Assembly: GCF_037042905.1 (NCBI RefSeq)
Contig: NC_087250.1
Location: 6,572,001-6,636,000, forward strand
Direction: 5' to 3'
DNA length: 64,000 nt
Source: Lytechinus pictus
Taxonomy: Eukaryota
Shown: in pieces, positions 53,534 to 63,915 of the stretch
Layout: every line of letters starts with the position of its first letter
Position numbering within the stretch: the stretch's first letter is position 1
The notes under the pieces: model-generated
What the model was told of the DNA's origin: nothing
Database searches by the model: none
What the model saw: the letters and a program-made list of their open reading frames with translations, nothing else
Made by a program: the position numbers and the translations under genes

Positions 53534-56155
53534 TCATGAAGTACTGAGTAAGTTTTGACGAGTTGTGTGGAGGTTGCGTAAGAAGTATAGAATAAGCGTA
53601 TGTAATTGGGCTTTTGTGTTGCAGCTAATACGCCCAGGAGGTAAAAAAAGGACCGACTCTACAAAAAGAGCAGGGGTGGATTCAAAGCATGGTCCGAACT
53701 GCTTGGTGTTGGGATTAGCTTTAACCCGCTGGATAAGGTCCTGTCGGACAGGTGCTAGGGCTGGACAGGTAGCAACCAGATGTTCCACATCCTCGCAGGC
53801 TGACATGCACAGACGACAGCAATCATCAGGTGCTTTGCCAATCTTGGCGAGCCGGACTTGGGTCAGATAGACTTGACAGGAGATCTGGGCACGGATGGTG
53901 ATGGCTGACCGCAGACTTGGATTGGAAATGTGCCCAGGGTACAGATCCTTCGCCTTTGGTTTAGGTGTTCTAGTCCATAAGGACAAGGATGTCTTCTTGG
54001 TGAGGGCGTTGTGCTGCCTGGCCACAGACACCTGAATCACTGCCGACTGAACCATTCGCTTCCACTGATGGTAGTTAGGGGGATTCCTCACAAGTTCATC
54101 AAGTGGGGGAAGGCTAAGTTGTTGAAGTGCATTACGCCATTCTTGTATGGATTTGGTGTTGGCACAGATACCATGAAGAAGCATCCTTCGTTCTATCCTG
54201 TCCATGTCGGTGCACAAGATCTGTCCCAGAAGTAGGAGCTTTTCCTTGGTGACCAACAGGCTAATTTGGATTACGTCAGTGAGAAGATATACTGCTTCGT
54301 CGGCTGATGTTGTTGGTAGACCCAGAATCCGCTTAAATAGGTGAATCTGTGCCATATCTAGGCGATTCAACATTGCCCTTGAGAAGGGAATGCTGGAGCA
54401 GCCGAAGATCATCCTGGGAACACAAAAAGTTTTCCATAGTTTTGCAGCGACATGGGGAACTACCCTTGCTCCCAGTGGTGAGGTTCCCACAAGGGCATAA
54501 AATGATATGTATCCCTTTGTGATAGCATCAGCAGCGTAGTCATACTGAAGATTGTCAGTCCTGACGATGCCAAGGTGCTTGTGTGAGGAGACCTGTGCAA
54601 TCGGTTCACCATTGATCTGCCAAGAGTTGTCACTGTTCAGAAGGTCTTGATTGAGCACGATGATTGCACTCTTTGAGGGGTTGATCTTGTACTTCCACTC
54701 CTTAGTGTAATGGAAAGTGACATTCAACATCTGCTGCAGTTCCATGGGCTCATTGCTAAGAAGTGCAATGTCATCCGCGAAGGCTATGACCCCAACATAT
54801 AGGTTGCCGACTGAGCAGCCAAGATGATACTCCCTCAGACGCTTGATGAGGTCGTTGATGTAGAGAGTGTACAGCATGGGGGAAAGCACTCCCCCCTGCC
54901 TTACTCCTTGGAGGACAGGAAAGGAGGGACCAACTTCATGTTTCCAGAAAACCTTGCTTGAACAGCTGTTGTAAAATTCAGAAATGGTATCAAGCAGCAC
55001 TGTAGGTGGACGAGTCACTGCTATCTTCGAAAGGAGACCATCTTGCCAGACCGTGTCGAATGCTTTCTGGGCATCCAACATAGCTTTGTACAAAGGTTGG
55101 TTGAGGGACTTGTACACTTCGATGACAAGGTCGAGTGCTTTACCTGTAAGAGTACAGGACCTCTCTCGTTGGAAGCCAAATTGCAACGGGTCTGGAATTT
55201 GGTGTTCTTGTAAGTGTTGGGAAAGTTTGGGCTTTACCAACAACTTCCCTAAGACCGGAGTCAGAGTGATGCCCCTATAGTTTCCTGGGTCTGTTGGATT
55301 CTTGTTCCCACCTTTGAAGAGAGGGATGACAAGGCCATCTTTAAGACTGAGAGGAATGTGCTTCAGATGTATCATCCAGTTCATCATGATGAGGATAAGG
55401 ATCCTAGTGGTGCAACCAGTGTACATTAGGTGCTCAGGAGAGATGTTGTCCGGACCACTAGCTTTGCCAGGCCTCAAGGAAGAGATGGCCAGGGACAGCT
55501 CCTTCGAAGTGAAGAGATGGTCAAGCCCTTGTGGATGGTGTATAACAAGGGAGTCTATATTCTCAGGATGTGTTGGATTCAGAACCTGTGTAGGACTGGA
55601 GACAGATGGGGTGGCAAGGTCCTGGAAATGCCGAGTCCATCCCTGGATGATATCAGGCCCAGAGTAGGTGAGACCTCCAAGGTTGAGTTGGTGCACATCA
55701 GAGCCAGGGCCTTGTTCTTTCACTAGTGTATAGAACAGCCTGTCGTTGTGTTCGTCGGCTTCCTCAATTCTTGACAGAAGACCATTCCTGCAGGCAGCTC
55801 TTGCCTGCCTAAGCTTAGCACGAAATGTTTTTTTCAAATCGGCAGATAACACACCAACTGGACTGTTCTTGTCCTCTCCAGATCTTTTCCAGTCTTTCCA
55901 CATGTTCATGTGCCTTTGATAACACTCCTCCACTTCGGGACTCCACTCAGTCTTCCCTTTACCTCTACCATTCCCTTTTGTGTGAGGAAGATTCATAGAG
56001 GTCTGAACAAGGGCTGACTGCAGTCTGGCAGTAACAAAGTCAAGGAGATTCTCATCAGGCATAACGTCCGCAAGGGAAACAAGAATGTCCTCCGAAGCTA
56101 CATCAAGAGGTTCTGTATACAGCTCCTTGATCATCTGTTTTGACAACTCCTTCAC
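53534..56155 (-). CDS. LINE ORF2, reverse transcriptase plus C-terminal CCHC zinc knuckle
   Basis: KASGPDNISPEHL, NYRGITL, QFGF, LDAQKAFDTV, GVRQGGVLSP, FADD, HLG, CRLC....EDVEHLVATC. Confidence 0.95.
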   Translation of the reverse strand: MKELSKQMIKELYTEPLDVASEDILVSLADVMPDENLLDFVTARLQSALVQTSMNLPHTKGNGRGKGKTEWSPEVEECYQRHMNMWKDWKRSGEDKNSPVGVLSADLKKTFRAKLRQARAACRNGLLSRIEEADEHNDRLFYTLVKEQGPGSDVHQLNLGGLTYSGPDIIQGWTRHFQDLATPSVSSPTQVLNPTHPENIDSLVIHHPQGLDHLFTSKELSLAISSLRPGKASGPDNISPEHLMYTGCTTRILILIMMNWMIHLKHIPLSLKDGLVIPLFKGGNKNPTDPGNYRGITLTPVLGKLLVKPKLSQHLQEHQIPDPLQFGFQRERSCTLTGKALDLVIEVYKSLNQPLYKAMLDAQKAFDTVWQDGLLSKIAVTRPPTVLLDTISEFYNSCSSKVFWKHEVGPSFPVLQGVRQGGVLSPMLYTLYINDLIKRLREYHLGCSVGNLYVGVIAFADDIALLSNEPMELQQMLNVTFHYTKEWKYKINPSKSAIIVLNQDLLNSDNSWQINGEPIAQVSSHKHLGIVRTDNLQYDYAADAITKGYISFYALVGTSPLGARVVPHVAAKLWKTFCVPRMIFGCSSIPFSRAMLNRLDMAQIHLFKRILGLPTTSADEAVYLLTDVIQISLLVTKEKLLLLGQILCTDMDRIERRMLLHGICANTKSIQEWRNALQQLSLPPLDELVRNPPNYHQWKRMVQSAVIQVSVARQHNALTKKTSLSLWTRTPKPKAKDLYPGHISNPSLRSAITIRAQISCQVYLTQVRLAKIGKAPDDCCRLCMSACEDVEHLVATCPALAPVRQDLIQRVKANPNTKQFGPCFESTPALFVESVLFLPPGRISCNTKAQLHTLILYFLRNLHTTRQNLLSTS

Positions 56156-57249
56156 TTGACTGTTGGACGGCGGAGAGGGTTGCTGGGAACTGTGTGGTGA
56201 GTCCTTGCTTCGGATACACTAGATGATGCAGGTGACCAGGTTACCTTGATAGGAGAATGGTCAGACAGGTTGAGGGGTTCATCATTGTAGATCAGGAGGT
56301 TGGAGAAGTCACCAGCAGACTTGCTGTGGGTTAAAAAAGTGTCAATGTTGGACCGTTTGGTGCCATCATCACTTTCATAAGTGTAGGCCTCGCTGTCCCC
56401 AAGTGTCCTTGATAGGCACACCAAGTCGTTCTCGGCCATGAAAGAGTCAAGAATGTTGAATGCTCTTTTTTTCCGTTCCTTGTTATGGAGATCCACATTC
56501 AAGTCACCACCAATGATGACACTGCTAGACCTGTTCTGCTGCATGATGCATTGGATTTCTTCTAAGATGGCCTGGTATTCGGCGAGGGCTTCAGATGAGG
56601 CATCACAAGGCATGTAGCAGTTGTAAACCAGCACATTGTGTTTTCCAAAGAGCAAATGGAGACAAAGTACCCTTGGAGAGATTGTTGGAATAACCTTTAG
56701 TGAGCATGGGAGCACCTTCTTGACAAGGGTGGCAACACCTCCTCTGCCTCTTCTAGTTGGGAGAGAGCATAGCTGATCATGGGCTTTGGAGAAGGCATGA
56801 AAATCTGACTGAAGATTATTCAAGAAACCTAGTTCACCCTCATGAATCCAGTGCTCTTGAAGTAGTAGAAAATCAGTCTGTTTGAGTAGTAGAAGAATGA
56901 AGTCTCTGTTGGACTTTACCCCACGAGTATTGAGAGAAGATATGTGTAGGCTTGGTGTGGCGTTTACCTCCTCAGAGGAGGAAGCAGTTGCAGACTGCTT
57001 TTTGTGAGGTCCATGATTTGGAGGTGAAGTTCCCTGATTGAGACATCGATCGTGCTGGTAGGACCTAAGGATTGGACTGTCAACATATTCAGTAGAGATG
57101 CTGTGAGGTAGTATACCCTCTCCATTTGCCCGCAGTACGTTGCAGCTGATGCGCGGCCATGCCGAAAAGGAGAACTTTGCAACGTAGTGTCTCTTGTCCT
57201 TAACTGATCTTGAGTCCCTAAACCTGCAAAATTTTGCCCTTCCTCCTTG
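56152..57249 (-). CDS. LINE ORF2, APE-type endonuclease part (frame open from 57249, no upstream ATG)
   Basis: Manual translation upstream of the listed 56823 start gives LHISSLNTRGV...DFLLLQEHW. Further motifs GRGGVA, YMP, GGDLN, YTY, SNID and SDH.P are present. The first upstream in-frame stop is TAG at 57252-57250. Confidence 0.9.
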   Translation of the reverse strand, partial: QGGRAKFCRFRDSRSVKDKRHYVAKFSFSAWPRISCNVLRANGEGILPHSISTEYVDSPILRSYQHDRCLNQGTSPPNHGPHKKQSATASSSEEVNATPSLHISSLNTRGVKSNRDFILLLLKQTDFLLLQEHWIHEGELGFLNNLQSDFHAFSKAHDQLCSLPTRRGRGGVATLVKKVLPCSLKVIPTISPRVLCLHLLFGKHNVLVYNCYMPCDASSEALAEYQAILEEIQCIMQQNRSSSVIIGGDLNVDLHNKERKKRAFNILDSFMAENDLVCLSRTLGDSEAYTYESDDGTKRSNIDTFLTHSKSAGDFSNLLIYNDEPLNLSDHSPIKVTWSPASSSVSEARTHHTVPSNPLRRPTVK

Positions 57250-59774
57250 CTACACCTCTGGGCTTCAGCAGACAGGGAAGACAGAGTCTGTGATGGCTCG
57301 TTGTTATTTCTCGATGATGGAACAGTCGAGTGTTGGTCATTGTAAGGATAGAGGTTGAGAACAAATCCATCAGTTCTCCCTGACTTTGACTTCTCAGCAG
57401 AATCTGTGTTCCGGTTATCCAGGGCAGGTCGGCTGTTCCTACCTAACTGTTGGTGTGGACGCACTTCCTCCCCAGTGCGAGGTGTTGGCTCACCAGGGTG
57501 CTGTTGAGATGACATCTCTAGATTACCTTCAGGAAGATGATCAGCTTGATTCCTGCCTTCTTCACCATCCACACCAGGTGTGACAACAGGAAAGGTACAC
57601 TGGCGAGACAGAGGTTTCATTGACCCTGCTTTGACCACCGGGCTTCTACCAGAGTGATGTTGCTTCTGAGTGAATTCCAAGCTTTGCTTTGTGGAAATTG
57701 AGCCATTTGATGTTGCATTGTGGCTGAACAATGATTCATTAGGCAGACGGGTGCTGTTTTCATTCCGAGAAAACCCAGGAACCACATCAGTATCATCAGC
57801 AAAACTCTCAAATTTGTTGCTAGTTGGAATGTTATATAGGCCAGTCTTATCGTAGTGTGTAGAGTATGCAGCTTGAAAAGGAGGCGACAAGTCTTTGCTG
57901 TTGCTCCCACGATGTGGTGCATGATCTTTTCCACAAGCTGATTGTTGATGTCCACCCTGGTGTTGACCCATAGGTCTGGAAGAAAGGTTGGTGCGGGCCT
58001 GTTGACCATGATGGTTATATATTGATGATCCAGGTTGTGAGCGATGGTGGTATTTCTCATGACTATTGTTATCCCTACTCTTTTGACGCTGGGCACTATT
58101 TATAAAGAATCTGCTCCTTTGTAATCTTGGAGGATGTGATATATTAACACCAGATGGACTAGGTGGAGGTGACCTATCCAATGAGGCAGAATCACACCGA
58201 GATATATCTTGGAGACCATGGGATTTGCAAACTGCTGACAAAAAGTCAACTTGCAGTTGGAGGGATCGTAGCTCCACTTCCTTTTTGACCAGCGCACTTT
58301 TCAAGGAGACTACTTCTTTGTCCTTATTTCCGAGTATGATCTTATCATGAACACGCTGGTCTTGGAGACTCTTGTAATCCCTACGCAACTGTCGGAGCTG
58401 ATTCAGGAGTTGCTCATTCTCCATTAGAATGACCGTATTGATACTTGATTTTTCCTTTAGGTCTTCCCTGAGAACTTTCAACTGTTTGGAAGAAGAAGCA
58501 CACTCCACGCAAGTAGATGGTCGGCTATCATTGGTATTATGTAGAGCATCATTTGCTCCCACTTCACGACTACTGTCTCCCGGGCACAGAGAATCCTTCT
58601 TCCCATCTGCACATTCACAACCAGCAACTGGTGGGTAATCATTGTGGTCGCTGACAAGAGTAGCCATTATGGATTCAGTTTGGGTGGCATGTTCTTGAAC
58701 ATTAGGTGCTTCTCCACTGCTGTCCTTAGATTTGTTAGTAACATCAGGCTGTTCCAGCGAGATAGAAAGACGTAGCAGACCATTGATGGAGGAGCGAGGG
58801 CTAGGAGTTGTGGAATGAGCATCTCCCGGGCACGTCAAGAAGTCTAACTCTGTTTCAAATTGATCTTCTGTAAAGGCTTCTCTGGATGGATGACTTGGCG
58901 AGAACTCACTGCGCTTGTCATGGGAAGACTTGTCTTGAGGGTGTAAACTGGCAGGCAAGGGTTGAGCTACACTCGAGCATGTCAGGAAGTCCAGGTCTGA
59001 GCCTGATTGCTCTTCAGTATTGGACTGGCTTGGCAGGGAACACTCGCTGTTAACAGATGTGGTTGAATTTGTGGCAGACTTACATGTAATAGCAGAACAC
59101 GACACACAAGTGAAAGGGGCATTCTTGTCATTGATAAGCTGTGCTAAATCTTGGTCCAGCAGCCCTGTACACTCAAAGTGAATCCATATGTTGCATACAT
59201 GACATTGGATCGTATAGTAGCATGCGTGTGTCTTGCAGATGGGGCACAACAGATTCAGCTCGTCAGGGGAACACTCGCATACCTTGGCTGTAGCATTAAC
59301 TCCAATTTTCTGTGGTGAGCTTGCTATCCTGTAGATTTCATCCATGAGGCAATTTAAGCTTACTCTTATAGAGGAGTCAGATGTGACATCGCTAACTTGT
59401 AGGTCGACTTCTTGGAGAAGGGAAGACTTGAGCTCGTTGAGCAAGTGAAATTGTTTGCCACTGACAAACATGTGGTGGGTCTCCTCAAAGAATAAGATGG
59501 ATAACTTCTTTACCTTTCCTGCATCTCCACTTTTTTTCTTATTGTAGATTTCGAAGCCACAGCTCACTTGGCCACGATATGGAACGGCCATGTGTGCTGG
59601 GTTGAAAGAAGGATTTCTAACCAGAGAGTCACAAACAATATTTTTCATTCTTGCGTACAGATCATTTTCGAGTGCTACGTTTACAAATTTATGACCACCT
59701 TTTGTACGACCCTCTGAAGAAATTAGAAAGTCCATGGGCTCAGCAGAATTTGAGGGTGTACATGGAGTTGACAT
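56964..59774 (-). CDS. LINE ORF1p, 936 aa: N-terminal domain, PHD finger, coiled coil, long disordered tail
   Basis: C4HC3 PHD CPIC...IQCHVCNIWIHFEC...FTCVSC. Heptad-rich segment LREDLKEK...LQLQVDFL. S/Q/H/P-rich C-terminus. Confidence 0.9.
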   Translation of the reverse strand: MSTPCTPSNSAEPMDFLISSEGRTKGGHKFVNVALENDLYARMKNIVCDSLVRNPSFNPAHMAVPYRGQVSCGFEIYNKKKSGDAGKVKKLSILFFEETHHMFVSGKQFHLLNELKSSLLQEVDLQVSDVTSDSSIRVSLNCLMDEIYRIASSPQKIGVNATAKVCECSPDELNLLCPICKTHACYYTIQCHVCNIWIHFECTGLLDQDLAQLINDKNAPFTCVSCSAITCKSATNSTTSVNSECSLPSQSNTEEQSGSDLDFLTCSSVAQPLPASLHPQDKSSHDKRSEFSPSHPSREAFTEDQFETELDFLTCPGDAHSTTPSPRSSINGLLRLSISLEQPDVTNKSKDSSGEAPNVQEHATQTESIMATLVSDHNDYPPVAGCECADGKKDSLCPGDSSREVGANDALHNTNDSRPSTCVECASSSKQLKVLREDLKEKSSINTVILMENEQLLNQLRQLRRDYKSLQDQRVHDKIILGNKDKEVVSLKSALVKKEVELRSLQLQVDFLSAVCKSHGLQDISRCDSASLDRSPPPSPSGVNISHPPRLQRSRFFINSAQRQKSRDNNSHEKYHHRSQPGSSIYNHHGQQARTNLSSRPMGQHQGGHQQSACGKDHAPHRGSNSKDLSPPFQAAYSTHYDKTGLYNIPTSNKFESFADDTDVVPGFSRNENSTRLPNESLFSHNATSNGSISTKQSLEFTQKQHHSGRSPVVKAGSMKPLSRQCTFPVVTPGVDGEEGRNQADHLPEGNLEMSSQQHPGEPTPRTGEEVRPHQQLGRNSRPALDNRNTDSAEKSKSGRTDGFVLNLYPYNDQHSTVPSSRNNNEPSQTLSSLSAEAQRCSKEEGQNFAGLGTQDQLRTRDTTLQSSPFRHGRASAATYCGQMERVYYLTASLLNMLTVQSLGPTSTIDVSIRELHLQIMDLTKSSLQLLPPLRR

Positions 59775-60486
59775 GATGAATGTTGTGCGTTTGACAGATA
59801 AATTGCCACAGAGATATTGTAAAAATCTCTGACAAAATTAACGTAGATAATGAGTAAGTGGAGTACTAAACAAGGACGATAGACAGTACAGTATAGCACC
59901 TTCAAATCAAGATGATGGAATCTGGGCTATTTTCAGCAGACACAACAGGCTTGGATGAACAGTACACTCCACAGGTACAGCTACATACAAAGCAGGATGA
60001 AGGGAGACTACATACATTACATGTACATACAGCAACAGTTACGTTGGATTGACAGATGCAGTACAATACACTCACAATATCTGACGTGACAGTTACATGT
60101 ATACCTTACACCATGCAGAACAGGAAACAGGGCCACATGAACCAAGTCATGAACAATAGATGCCCAGACTCTCTTTCAGGAGGAATCTCTAATCCGCGCT
60201 CCCTCCTGACCTATTATCTAGGAGAGCAATTTAGCACAGGATGTTCTTAGAAATCGGGGCTCACGCACGTCTTTTGATTTGACTATTCAATACTTTCAAA
60301 GGTTCCGATATTTATTTCTTTTTACATTTTACTTTTTTGTGGGTGACCCAGGTAAAAAGAAAACAGTTAGCCCCCCCCCCCCCTACATAAAAATCCGGCA
60401 TCCACCCAGGGTCTCCCCAGCTCGTAGCACTATCCGTAGTAAAAAAAAGAATAATTTGTTCAGATAACATGATGTACAATATATAA

Positions 60487-60689
60487 AGGCCTGGTCACAC
60501 CGCCCGAGCGGTGTTGGAGCGAAGATAAAAAAAATCATCACCGCTCGCTACTGTTCACCATTTCGATTTCGATTTTTTTTTTTTTTCGATTATTGTTTTC
60601 GATTCCCCAATTTTGTGAGCGAAATTCGATCCTCTCTCCCTACCGCTTCAAGACCGCTCCAGCAACGCTCGGGTGGTGTGACCAAGCCT
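60487..60689. mobile_element. PIF/Harbinger MITE, TAA TSD
   Basis: taa|AGGCCTGGTCACACCGCCCGAGCG ... CGCTCGGGTGGTGTGACCAAGCCT|taa. Confidence 0.9.
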
Positions 60690-61278
60690 TAAAAAAATTA
60701 ATATTCAACCCGTTATCGTCATCATTTTCATTTCTACTCTCTAAAGTCGTTTTAAAATCTCCTTGATAGTGAAGTCAATGCAGCAACTAACAAGTCGGTC
60801 TGATCGAATTTGTTAATGTAACTGGCAGATGTCCCGCCCTATCCCTTTCTTTCTTTTCCTCAAAACATCTGATATTGCTGTACATACTCCGTTTACATTT
60901 TCTATTACCAATGGTTGGATTTAGTAAAGGAAAAACATCCACTTTGAAAAAAGAGATAAATCTTTAAAGGAATAAAGCGTTATTATCAGCACTTTTAATT
61001 ATCACATTTTTTGCTTCTTCCTATTTTATTCGAGGAGAATATTGAACGATTCATATCTTTGTAATAAGTTTGAATATGATACTGATAAGCATAACAATGT
61101 CAATCATTTCTTTAAAAATGGTTTGGGTTATAAAAAGACAAACGGATATGACCCGTTATTTACCAGATCTTAAGTTTATGAAGAGAGAGTTTGGCTGCAG
61201 AAGAAATGCAATTGATATGATCACAACAATTATTTTTGAATAATAATCATAATGATGATGATTCTGATCGCAATAACA

Positions 61279-61884
61279 TTAAAGGGATTAAAGGAAAATA
61301 TTCATGTCTTTATACATAGAGTAGAATTCACTGAGCAAAATGCCGAAAATTTCATCAAAATCGGATAACAAATTGTAAAGTTATTAAAATTTAAAATTTA
61401 GTAATATTTTGTGAAAAAGAGTCGTCATGAATATTCATTAGGTGGGCTGGTGATGTTACATCCCCACTTTCCGTTTTATTATGTTATTACATAAAATCAT
61501 AATTATTTCATTATTTCATACTTGTGTGAATAATATGTCTCCCTTATAATGAAATAAATATCTAATGCAGTATTCAGTTGTCTAATATCTAATGCATTAA
61601 ATCAGTTGTCAATTCAATTTTTCTAGTGCTTGGAGGAAAAAAGATTGAATGAACCTAATTTCATATAATAAAATACAAAAGAACAAGTGGAGATGTTACA
61701 TCATCAGCCCACCTAATGAATATTCATGACGACTGTTTTCACAAAATATTGCTAAACTTTAAAATTCAATAACTTTGTTATTTTGTTATCCGATTTTGAT
61801 GAAAATTTTCAGTATTTTGCTCAGTGAATTATGCTCTATTTATAAAAAAAAATATAAATACTTTCAGCCCAGACAATCCCGTTA
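61279..61884. mobile_element. Kolobok-like MITE with ~150-bp inverted arms
   Basis: TTAA-flanked. GTCGTCATGAATATTCATTAGGTGGGCTG pairs with CAGCCCACCTAATGAATATTCATGACGAC; CTGAGCAAAAT pairs with ATTTTGCTCAG. Confidence 0.8.
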
Positions 61885-62035
61885 ATAATAATAAGAAGAA
61901 GGTGAAGGAGAAGGATAATGATAATAATAATTACAATAACAAAAATGATAATAATGATTATGATAATAGTCATACTAATAATGATAATAATAATAATAAT
62001 AATAACAATAATAAATGAATAAATAAATAATTAGT
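61885..62035. repeat. (AAT)n-rich microsatellite
   Basis: Runs of aataataat / gataat. Confidence 0.9.
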
Positions 62036-63049
62036 GTGATGATTGTAGTTAGCAGACGAGAGTTGGAAATGCCAGCCTTCTTTACTCATATATTCATAGC
62101 GAGAACAATTTTTTGAGAATGCTAAAAACAAAGTATAAAACCTGTGTATTGCTACACACAACCGTTATATCACACATGTCTATAGGGGAAATCTTGATTC
62201 AGATCGCGGCAATATCCGAAATCAACTCTTCAAAATAATGATGCAAAAATACAATTTTACTAAAAAAATGTCTATGTAAACCACGATATTTTTTATATGA
62301 CAAAATAAATTGTGAATTCCTTACCAGTATAACAACATAAAAAACACAGAACATGGTGTTGATTTTCTGGCTGTAAAATTGGTTAAACAAAAAAGTTACT
62401 TGGGCACGTGTACGTGCCAATGGCATTAGAGGCCTAAGGGCACAAATAGCTGCCAATGGCTCTTAAAGAGTTAAAATAAATATAGAATCAATCTTGTTAG
62501 AAAAAGATGTATATCATATATTTTGAGAACAAATTGAATCGATTTAGAATTTAGTCATGAAAATGTTTTCCGTCTTTTTTGTTAAGAGTTGTGAAATGTA
62601 TGAATGCGTTGATCACAGTATATGTACATTCAAACCAAGCTTTGTAATTATGGGGTAATTTGATTTGATATCGCTCTTTAATTTATGATTATGAATGTAA
62701 TATTTTACTATATTCAATTTTGTTGATGAGAGAAGAGAATAAAATATTATTTTAAAAAAATGCAGCGCAGTGCATGCATGTTGACCGGCTGGTTAGATAT
62801 TCAATATTCAAACGGTGAAGATGGACAGTATGATATTCAGGTTCGATATAAAAATGCGTGTGAATTTGGACCAATATTTGATATTCTATATTTAAAAAAG
62901 AATAAGGGTTTTGAAGGCTAGCTAGGGGGTTTAACATGTAAAGCGCGTGTCGGGCAATCATAAAAACACTGGCATGCCCAAGTGCGAGAAGACTTTTGGA
63001 GGACCAACTTTAATAAATAAAATATAACATAACATTTTTTTTTTTTTTG

Positions 63050-63915
63050 AGGGGCCCAACTAGGATATCCCGAGGGCCTAGACGAGGCAATCAGATATCA
63101 TAACTTGTAGAACTCGACTCGATAAACACTCGCTTGATCCGGCGCATGGGCTCAAATTAACAAAATTAAAGAAATAAAGGACTATCTAAAGCATTCTTAA
63201 CTTGAAATAATATTTTTTTTCAAGGGGCCCAAGGGATAACTTTACGGCCAAGCTGGGGCAACCAGGTATTCTAACTTGTAGAAATTGGCGCGGGCAATCA
63301 GATTAGTACTAGCTTGACCCGATGCATGAGCATTTAGGGGGCTCAAAATAACAAAATTAAAGGAATAAAGGGTTATTTTAAGCATTAAAAAAAGTAATTT
63401 TCAAGGGGCCCCAGGGATATCTTGACGGCCAAGCCGGGGCAACCAGGTATTCTAACTTGTAGAAATTGGCGCGGGCAATCAGATTAGTACTAGCTTGACC
63501 CGATGCATGAACATTTAGTGGGCTAAAAATAACAAAATTAAAGGAATAAAGGGTTATTTTAAGCATTAAAATAAGTAATTTTCAAGGGGTCCCCAGGAAT
63601 ATCCCGACGGCCTAGCCGGGGTAACCAGGTATCCTAACTTGTAGAACTTGATTCGGGCAACCAGATAAACACTAACTTGACCCATTGCATGCACATTTAG
63701 GGGCTAAAAATTAACAAAATATTTGAACATTTTTTTTAATTAAAAAAAGGATTTTTTTTTTTCATTGGAACCCGGGGATATCCCGACGGCTTACTTAGGG
63801 TAACCAGGTATTCTAACTTGTAAAACTAGACTCGGACAACCAAATAAAAATTACCATGACCCTGCACATGCACATTTAGGGGGCTCAAATTAACAAAATT
63901 AAAGAAATAAAGGCA
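63050..63915 (+). repeat. ~182-bp tandem satellite, ~5 copies
   Basis: Unit GGGGCCC..GGATA...ACGGCC.AG...GG(C/T)AACCAGGTATTCTAACTTGTAGAA...TGCATG..CATTTAGG...AACAAAATTAAAGGAATAAAGG starting near 63051, 63224, 63405, 63586 and 63770. Confidence 0.9.

Larger units (their letters stand above)
53450..60272 (-). mobile_element. Near full-length non-LTR retrotransposon (RTE-X/Proto2-like LINE)
   Basis: Sharp GC increase. ~500-nt 5' UTR, ORF1, EN, RT, and a short 3' UTR with stem-loop CTCCG-ACCTTAG-CGGAG and ACAAGAG end. No TSD found, so the ends are approximate. Clade inferred from the LQEHW, FADD and C-terminal CCHC motifs. Confidence 0.9.

Noticed and set aside
53565-55726. Plus-strand ORFs antisense to the RT
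   Set aside because: Shadow ORFs of a long, GC-richer coding region, with no recognisable motifs.
57617-58297. Third-frame ORFs (159 aa and 65 aa) overlapping ORF1
   Set aside because: No recognisable domain, interrupted by a stop, and plausible by chance in a low-complexity region.
53400-60300. Target-site duplication for the young LINE
   Set aside because: No convincing direct repeat found by eye at either end, so the boundaries are left approximate.
52428-62473. TTAACTCTT ... AAGAGTTAA as ends of one 10-kb element enclosing the LINE
   Set aside because: Only ~9 bp plus a GCCA match. More likely the ends of two unrelated TTAA-type elements.
421-63566. The many 60-130-aa ORFs in the ORF track
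   Set aside because: They lie in repeats, microsatellites or AT-rich DNA, often use non-ATG starts, and show no protein motifs. Exceptions are 30157, 39291 and the LINE ORFs.
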